A stretch of DNA of 64,000 nt, from the NCBI GenBank assembly GCA_964343605.1, contig CAYFKJ010000008.1, positions 93,926 through 157,925 of the forward strand, read 5' to 3'. A model generated the notes under the pieces. The model worked only from the letters and a program-made list of their open reading frames with translations. It was not told the origin of the DNA and searched no databases. The position numbers were made by a program, and so were the translations under genes. This DNA is from an uncultured Rhodospirillaceae bacterium (GTDB lineage: Bacteria > Pseudomonadota > Alphaproteobacteria > UBA2966). Positions 58,193 to 64,000 of the stretch are shown piece by piece; position 1 is the first letter of the stretch; each line of letters opens with the position of its first letter.

Positions 58193-58420
58193 TTACCCCC
58201 AGACCTTCCGGACCCGAATTTCTTCAAATATCCGGCGCAGGGTATAGCTGCGCAAAATCGAGATACCTGTGAAGATCGCGCCGATCACCAGATTGTCCGA
58301 GAGGGAGACTTCCAGACCGAACAGGGGAAACACTGCAATTTGCGCTGTGACAGCCACGCCGTAACCCACGGCGACATTGGTCAGTGATTCCAAAAAGGAC
58401 ATACGTCTGGACTGTCTCAC
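58193..58420 (-). CDS. Small phage membrane protein
   Basis: QSRRMSFLESLTNVAVGY...RSYTLRRIFE; two TM segments. Confidence 0.75.
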   Translation of the reverse strand: MRQSRRMSFLESLTNVAVGYGVAVTAQIAVFPLFGLEVSLSDNLVIGAIFTGISILRSYTLRRIFEEIRVRKVWG

Positions 58421-59673
58421 GTTTCCGACCTCTCGTTATTAATCTCTTCAAACGAACGGTCTTCGCCGTCCAGAATTGCCTTCTGACCGGTGATGTTCTG
58501 CCAGCGTGTAATAGCGACATCCACATAAGCCGGATTCAATTCCACACCATAACAGACCCGTCCCGTGCTTTCCGCCGCGATCAAGGTCGTTCCCGATCCC
58601 ATGAAGGGCTCATAGACAGCCTGACCCGGGCTCGAGTTATTCAAGATCGGACGACGCATACATTCGACCGGTTTCTGAGTACCGTGAACTGTTTCAGCGT
58701 CCTGGTCCCGGCTGGAAATCTGCCATAGCGTTGTTTGTTTGCGATCCCCTGCCCAGTGACCCTTGCCATTCTTTTTGACCGCATACCAACAAGGCTCGTG
58801 CTGCCAGTGATAATCACCACGGCTCAGAACCAAGCGCTCCTTGGCCCAGATGATCTGGGAGCGAACATTGAAGTGGGCGCGTTCTAAACTGTCAGCAACC
58901 GTCGTTGCATGCAAAGCGCCATGCCAGACATAGGCGACATCACCGGGAAACAAGACCCAGGCATCGTACCAGTCGGCACGATCATCATTGAGCACTTTAC
59001 CTGTGCGTTTGGTCGTTGCGGCTCCAGCCTTGTTCCGCCAGTTCGGGTCATACTCGACCCCATAGGGGGGATCGGTCACCATGAGCAACGGCTTGACCGG
59101 GCCCAGCAATCTCTCCACGTCGGTGGCAACGGTTGCATCACCACAGATCAAACGATGGTTCCCAAGCACCCAAAGATCTCCTGGTTGGGCGACCGGTTGT
59201 TCCGGGGTATCGGGAATATCATCTTCACCCTCGAGCTCGGCCCCCATGTCACCGGCGGCTTGCGCCAGCATCTGGGCGAGGTCGTCATCAGAATAGCCCG
59301 TGCCCGTCAAACCAACATCGCGCGATTGGATTGCCTGAAGCAGAGCAGCCAGAAGCTCCGGATCGTTTTCAGCCAGATCAGACAGGCGGTTGTCACCAAC
59401 CAAGATGGCTTTTGCATCCTCATCACCGGCATCCACATAGATCACCGGAACCCGATCCAGACCTTCGGCCTCTGCGGCCATGAAGCGGTGGTTGCCCGCA
59501 AGAATGTAACCGGTAGAGCGTTGAACGACCAACGCACCATAAAATCCGTTTGCGCGGATGCTGGAGCGGATCTCATCAAGGTTCCCCCGACGTGGGTTTT
59601 CCGGGTGACAAGCCAGATCGCCAACAGCGACCATCTCGACCTTGTCACCAACATTGATGATCTGTGCGCTCAA
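58417..59673 (-). CDS. ParB-N domain DNA methyltransferase (N6/N4 class)
   Basis: ILAGNHR ParB motif; TDPPY, HGTQKP, EPFMGSGTT. Confidence 0.9.
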   Translation of the reverse strand: MSAQIINVGDKVEMVAVGDLACHPENPRRGNLDEIRSSIRANGFYGALVVQRSTGYILAGNHRFMAAEAEGLDRVPVIYVDAGDEDAKAILVGDNRLSDLAENDPELLAALLQAIQSRDVGLTGTGYSDDDLAQMLAQAAGDMGAELEGEDDIPDTPEQPVAQPGDLWVLGNHRLICGDATVATDVERLLGPVKPLLMVTDPPYGVEYDPNWRNKAGAATTKRTGKVLNDDRADWYDAWVLFPGDVAYVWHGALHATTVADSLERAHFNVRSQIIWAKERLVLSRGDYHWQHEPCWYAVKKNGKGHWAGDRKQTTLWQISSRDQDAETVHGTQKPVECMRRPILNNSSPGQAVYEPFMGSGTTLIAAESTGRVCYGVELNPAYVDVAITRWQNITGQKAILDGEDRSFEEINNERSET

Positions 59674-59708
59674 AATGACCTCGTTAAATGGATGGCAAAG
59701 ACCGGCGG

Positions 59709-59910
59709 CATTTCGCTTTGAAACGAAATGACCTCAGGCACGGTTTCGTTTTATCGATCGTGTGAGCGATAGCCGCATTGCCAACGGTTCTGCCGGACAG
59801 ACCGCCACGAGGGCGCTGCTCCAAGCGAAACGAAATGGCTTTTTTCAGGGCGTCACTAGGAAAATCCCGCGCTGAGCCCGCCCGCATAGGATATCGGGCA
59901 GGAAGGACCC
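59709..59910 (-). other. Lambda-like cos site (cosQ-cosN-cosB)
   Basis: GGGTCCT (59910-59904), GGGCGGGCTCAG-CGCGGG (59883-59866), repeated GAAACGAAATG at 59720 and 59827. Confidence 0.75.
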
Positions 59911-60058
59911 GTGACTTCGCTCAAATTCGATGGAATTTTGTTGCTTTGGGGCCATCCAGTCCCGGACGCGCCTCTCGCAAGCTTGGCAAAAAATGTAGCC
60001 TATTCAGCTGTTTTTGTCCGCGCGAAAAGTGTTCGCCGAACACCTTTCTATCCACTAC

Positions 60059-60502
60059 TCATGCCTTCGCCGATTGAACCATCTCTATCACTTTGCGTCG
60101 CGAACAATTACGCGGCACCCTATGACCGTTAAGCTTCCAGGCAATGACACAATGGCCAAAAAGGTAGCGTTGATGGACTGCCGTGCGCTGTAAACCGACC
60201 CGTCCACAGATGGTTTTCCAGCGCTCGCCCGCCGCACGAAACCAGCAAATCTTGGCAACGTCCGCTTCGAGCCACTGCAGCCATTGCATCGCCTCATCCA
60301 TCCGGTCAATGGATCCCGGCGACGGCCAGGGCCTGCGCAGCACGGGGTCATGCCAACCAAAGGATTCATGGATGTTGTGAACGACGTCAGGCCAGGCCGA
60401 GAAATAGCCTTGCACCTTTTCTTCAGGCAGGCGCTTCAACACCCCTGCGGCTTCCGCCAACCGCTCCTCCACAAGGGAGGCTGTCCATCGATCATTGCTC
60501 AT
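60059..60502 (-). CDS. DUF6362-like protein, possible late-gene regulator
   Basis: VEERLAEAA..L.RLP...GYFSAWP; C-terminal HTH-like segment; position before cos. Confidence 0.7.
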   Translation of the reverse strand: MSNDRWTASLVEERLAEAAGVLKRLPEEKVQGYFSAWPDVVHNIHESFGWHDPVLRRPWPSPGSIDRMDEAMQWLQWLEADVAKICWFRAAGERWKTICGRVGLQRTAVHQRYLFGHCVIAWKLNGHRVPRNCSRRKVIEMVQSAKA

Positions 60503-60686
60503 GAGCTTCTTCCTTTCGTTTGCCATAGAGCCTGTCGCCCAATTGGCGAACGAGTTCCTTCTCAGGCCAGGTCAGACGGTCATCCTCAATGGAAACCGCC
60601 AACATGCCCTGCTCCCGCCAACCATCACGCTTGACCTGATCGGCATTGCGGCGCGTGCCGCCATATCCGGGAGGCTGCCATCTCAT
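60492..60686 (-). CDS. Hypothetical phage protein
   Basis: Overlaps both neighbours; PPGYGG...VKRDGW. Confidence 0.7.
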   Translation of the reverse strand: MRWQPPGYGGTRRNADQVKRDGWREQGMLAVSIEDDRLTWPEKELVRQLGDRLYGKRKEEAHEQ

Positions 60687-60940
60687 CGGCTCACCTCCTT
60701 CAGCACGGCGGCATAGCCCGCAACATCAATCATGCTGTCGAGATGCCCGGGATCATGTGCCAATCGCGCCAGCTTCAGATCAATCAGGCACAGAGCTACC
60801 TGCGAGGGTGTGATGGGCTGGCCCAGTGTGATCGACCAGCGTTTGGCGATCGCCGACATGGAGGCAGACGGCTCTCCGTAAGTCTCCCGACGATTGCCGA
60901 CAATGGCAGCGGCCTGTTTAAGCATCATTTCGCCGTTCAT
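60683..60940 (-). CDS. DUF6378-like phage protein
   Basis: R..TYGEP...IA..WS...LKLAR...DS.IDVAGYA. Confidence 0.75.
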   Translation of the reverse strand: MNGEMMLKQAAAIVGNRRETYGEPSASMSAIAKRWSITLGQPITPSQVALCLIDLKLARLAHDPGHLDSMIDVAGYAAVLKEVSR

Positions 60941-61458
60941 TGATCCAACCCTCCCCCACGATTGACCATGGCCCAATCAAGGATCGCTAAGGCGTCGGCT
61001 TCGTTATCATCGGCGGGAGCAAACCCACGTTTGCGAGCGGCCTCAATCATGGCGTCTTTGTTGGCGTTTCCTTTGCCGGTGGCATGTCGTTTGATGGTGC
61101 CGACGGGCACGGCCTCGTATGGGATCATTTGGTGCTCACACCAGGCGGTGACATGGGCGAGAAATCCACCGTAGACATGGGCGGCATCCACACCGGCATG
61201 ACGGCGGACCTCCTCAATGAAGACCGCATCCAGACCACCGGCCATTTGCTTGACCTCGGTGAGCCATTTCTTGAACCGAAGAAAGCGCATACCGCCGCCT
61301 TGCCAGCGATCATTTTTAAATTCGGCAATACCGCTGGTGATGGTTCGGTCAGGCAAGCAAACGGCCCATCCGGTTTTGGTGCCGAGATCCAGGGCCAGAA
61401 TTTTGAGAGGACCGTCATACGGGACAGGTGGAATTTGGACAGAGGTTGGTGCTGGCAT
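60937..61458 (-). CDS. RuvC-like Holliday junction resolvase
   Basis: ILALDLGTKTGWA, IEEV, TGKGNANK, DDNEADA; GGAGG RBS before MPAP. Confidence 0.82.
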   Translation of the reverse strand: MPAPTSVQIPPVPYDGPLKILALDLGTKTGWAVCLPDRTITSGIAEFKNDRWQGGGMRFLRFKKWLTEVKQMAGGLDAVFIEEVRRHAGVDAAHVYGGFLAHVTAWCEHQMIPYEAVPVGTIKRHATGKGNANKDAMIEAARKRGFAPADDNEADALAILDWAMVNRGGGLDQ

Positions 61459-61563
61459 ATTTGCCTCCATGTTGATTGAACAATACTGATGGGAGAAATG
61501 GCCGGACAGAATCGACGACCATGGCGAAGAGGGTTCGCCAAGCGTCAGCGCTGGCGTAGCCCT

Positions 61564-61755
61564 CTCCCCCTTTAGGGGGAGGTATTCACTTGGATTTCTG
61601 ATTGGGGTCTGAAAGCCGCAGAAATCTTGACGTTTTGCCAGGAATCCAGAAATCCAGACAGGAATCCGGCTGGATTTCTGAATTGACCCTAACCGACTGT
61701 TTTCATTGAAACTTTGAATCCAGAGCATGTCTGGACTCCATGGACTCCAGAAATC
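61564..61755. repeat. Iteron-like repeat cluster, candidate phage replication origin
   Basis: Five CAGAAATC copies (direct at 61619, 61647, 61748; inverted at 61593, 61673) plus a CTCCCCC-TTTA-GGGGGAG hairpin. Confidence 0.55.
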
Positions 61756-61774
61756 ACAGCCGAGATTTTGCCCC

Positions 61775-63979
61775 CTATTCATGGTCCATCTCCTCATCGT
61801 GATAGACCCAGTTATGCGGGCTTTCGACCTCCAGAACGGCCCCTGACTGGTGGCACTTGTAATGGGTCGGAAGGAGCTGATGGACGCTCTGGAAAACCTC
61901 ACCTGTTTCCTCATCCACAACGTCCTCGGCCTCCCCCAACTGCATGCCTTCGACGCAGAGATAGCCGTACCGGGTGCGCGGCAGTGGTGGCAGATCGTGA
62001 TCTTCCGGATTACGGAAATATTTGATGTAACCTTTGGTGGTCAGAACACTGACACGTTCGGCAATGGTACTCCGGCCACCCAAACCCGCTCGGTTTTCAA
62101 AGCGCTCGGCAAATTGGGTCGCGGTGTAAACCCGCCCGCCCAGAGCTTCTTCGAAGAGGACCTGAAGAATGACATCGCGTTTGCGCAGACGTTCGGCATC
62201 GAGCTTCTCGCCATATTCTTGACGGATCAGCCTCTCCGACGACGGATCAATCTCAATCCATTGACCACCGTCCTTATCGACGATCTTTGCCGCCAGGGCT
62301 GGGCCGTTGCGCAGTTCCGTGATGAGCTTGCGTTCTGAGCGCGTTTCATCAGGGCGAAACAGGATCATGCCTGAGCTGTAATAGCCCCGGAGCGCCCCCG
62401 CACCGGAAAGCGCCTGAAATGGATCCTCATCAACCTGTTTCTTTGAAAGCTTGCGGGTGTGATGGACGAGAATGATGCCTGCGTCCGGGTCCACGGCGTC
62501 GCGAAGCTTCTCAACGCGATCGCGCAAGAAAAACAGCATGGCGTTGTTGTCGTTCTCACTGGGTCCCGCTTCACCGCCATCAAAGACGTTTCGGATCGGA
62601 TCAATGACGATGATGTCCAGCCCATCGGGGAAGTGTTTTCTGATTATAGCGCCAACCGTCTCAACGCCCGCTTCATTCAAAATGAGCTTGAGCTGCGGCG
62701 TGATGACGAGATTGTCATGGGCTTGGCGGATCACCTCAGGCTGCAACGAGATTTCCTGAAGGCGCTCCCGGAGATAGTGGTACTGGATTTCGGCCTGCAG
62801 ATAGAAAACGCGCAAAGGGCGCGGTGGCGTAAAAGACAGAAACCCAATGCCTGCAGCCATGTGAACCAGCCAGCTGAGCAAAAAATCACTTTTGCCAACC
62901 TTGGGCGCACCGCCGAAAACCAGCAGGCCCGATGGTGTCAGGACACGAGGCGCAATGATGTCGTCCGGCATGGGAGAACAATCACCCAGCAACTGCTTCA
63001 GGCTAAAGGCTTGCGCATTGGACCTCGGCCTTGTGAGGGATTGACGCGCTGCGCTGGCAATGAAGGCATCAATGTCCATGCGGTCATCGACAGCGTCCGC
63101 CGCATCCCACTTTTCCGGTTTATCCAGAGGCGGCATGAGAATGGCGACAGAAAGGGCACCGGCACCAAGAGCGGCCTCGGCAGCAGCTTCCGCGTACTGC
63201 CAGCCTGCCGCATCCTTGTCGGGCCAGATCAAGACCCGTTTGCCACAAAGCGGTGACCAGTCGGTTTTCTCAACTGGTGCCTTGGCCCCGTTCATGGCCG
63301 TCGTGGCGCAAACGCCCTGACCGATTAAAGCATCTGCCGCCTTCTCGCCTTCAACTAACACCACATCCATGGCGGATTTCATGGCGGGCTGGTTGTAAAG
63401 CGGTCGCGGATCCGGAGCCTTCATCTTCCGGCGCGAAACGTCCCAGGGCCTAAACTGCTTTCCGCTGGGCGGGTCATAGCGATAGACACAGGCCAACAGA
63501 GCGCCTTCACCATCAACATAGTCCCACTTGGCTGTCACCGGCCCCAACTCATCCATCGGCACGGTACGTTCCGGTTCAGCAGTTACAGTTTCCGGTCGCG
63601 GCTCGCCCAGCCATTGGCGAACGTCATCCAATAACGATGGGAAATCCGATTGGGTGTTGCGCCCTGTTGCCGTAGCCCAGAGTGCGAGCACGTCCCCGCC
63701 CTCACCTGTCGCGAAGTCATGCCACATCCCAGTTTTGGGGCCGGATAGCTCAACACTCAGGCTTTCGCCCTTGTTGCCTCGGACATCACCAACCAGAAAT
63801 TTTCCATGACGGAAAACACCTGCGGGATAGAGGTAGGACAGAAGGCCACGCAAATTAGCATTGAGTCGCACCTTGATCTCATCAACCGAGAACCCTGTTT
63901 GGCGAGCATCGTCTTGGCGCTGGGGGGCTGCTGAATTGAAATCCCGCCAGTCATTAATGTTTACAACCTCATTGCTCAT
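61775..63979 (-). CDS. Primase-helicase (TOPRIM plus RecA-like AAA_25)
   Basis: LVEGEKAAD and WPDKD TOPRIM motifs; GGAPKVGKS Walker A, IVIDP, LVHH. Confidence 0.9.
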   Translation of the reverse strand: MSNEVVNINDWRDFNSAAPQRQDDARQTGFSVDEIKVRLNANLRGLLSYLYPAGVFRHGKFLVGDVRGNKGESLSVELSGPKTGMWHDFATGEGGDVLALWATATGRNTQSDFPSLLDDVRQWLGEPRPETVTAEPERTVPMDELGPVTAKWDYVDGEGALLACVYRYDPPSGKQFRPWDVSRRKMKAPDPRPLYNQPAMKSAMDVVLVEGEKAADALIGQGVCATTAMNGAKAPVEKTDWSPLCGKRVLIWPDKDAAGWQYAEAAAEAALGAGALSVAILMPPLDKPEKWDAADAVDDRMDIDAFIASAARQSLTRPRSNAQAFSLKQLLGDCSPMPDDIIAPRVLTPSGLLVFGGAPKVGKSDFLLSWLVHMAAGIGFLSFTPPRPLRVFYLQAEIQYHYLRERLQEISLQPEVIRQAHDNLVITPQLKLILNEAGVETVGAIIRKHFPDGLDIIVIDPIRNVFDGGEAGPSENDNNAMLFFLRDRVEKLRDAVDPDAGIILVHHTRKLSKKQVDEDPFQALSGAGALRGYYSSGMILFRPDETRSERKLITELRNGPALAAKIVDKDGGQWIEIDPSSERLIRQEYGEKLDAERLRKRDVILQVLFEEALGGRVYTATQFAERFENRAGLGGRSTIAERVSVLTTKGYIKYFRNPEDHDLPPLPRTRYGYLCVEGMQLGEAEDVVDEETGEVFQSVHQLLPTHYKCHQSGAVLEVESPHNWVYHDEEMDHE

Positions 63980-64000
63980 CCGCCGGTTCTCCAGCACCGA

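Larger units (their letters stand above)
28432..64000. mobile_element. Lambda-like siphovirus prophage (36541 to window end) with adjoining defence cargo (28432-36512); left end apparently truncated, right end outside window
   Basis: Colinear replication, cos, terminase, portal, capsid, tail and lysis genes; visible base-composition shift at about 28.43 kb. Confidence 0.88.

Noticed and set aside
60937..61920. 327-aa N-terminally extended RuvC ORF
   Set aside because: The extension crosses the repeat region and overlaps the primase; a good RBS supports the start at 61458
63976..64000. 3' end of an upstream phage gene (RCWRTGG*) overlapping the primase start
   Set aside because: Probably real, but too short to assign a product

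Overview
Two-part window. All family names come from motif recognition; no database search was run. 1-28.4 kb is GC-rich alphaproteobacterial-type chromosome. It carries a large aminophosphonate/aminoalcohol catabolic cluster (5' end of pbfA, LysR, Fe-ADH, ALDH, dimethylglycine-dehydrogenase-like flavoprotein, class III PLP enzyme, phnX, 2-AEP-type ABC transporter, GATase, HAD phosphatase, Na/Pi transporter, DeoR, GS-like ligase), then an Fe3+ ABC transporter with a Fur-like box and a hemerythrin, AtuA, nitrilase, SDR and enoyl-CoA hydratase. At about 28,430-28,441 an abrupt junction joins what appear to be the 3' stump of a host gene and the 3' stump of a PglZ-like gene. An AT-richer BREX-related defence operon follows (DUF1156-type Zn-ribbon adenine MTase, 171-aa unknown protein, SNF2 helicase, TM0106/RecB-like nuclease). 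From 36.5 kb to the end lies a lambda-like siphovirus prophage on the minus strand: lysis, tail tip, an unusual five-gene fibre/receptor-binding cassette, tape measure, a -1 frameshifted tail chaperone, head genes, terminase, ParB-MTase, a lambda-like cos site, RuvC-like resolvase, an iteron-like region and a primase-helicase. No integrase, tRNA, rRNA or CRISPR array was seen.
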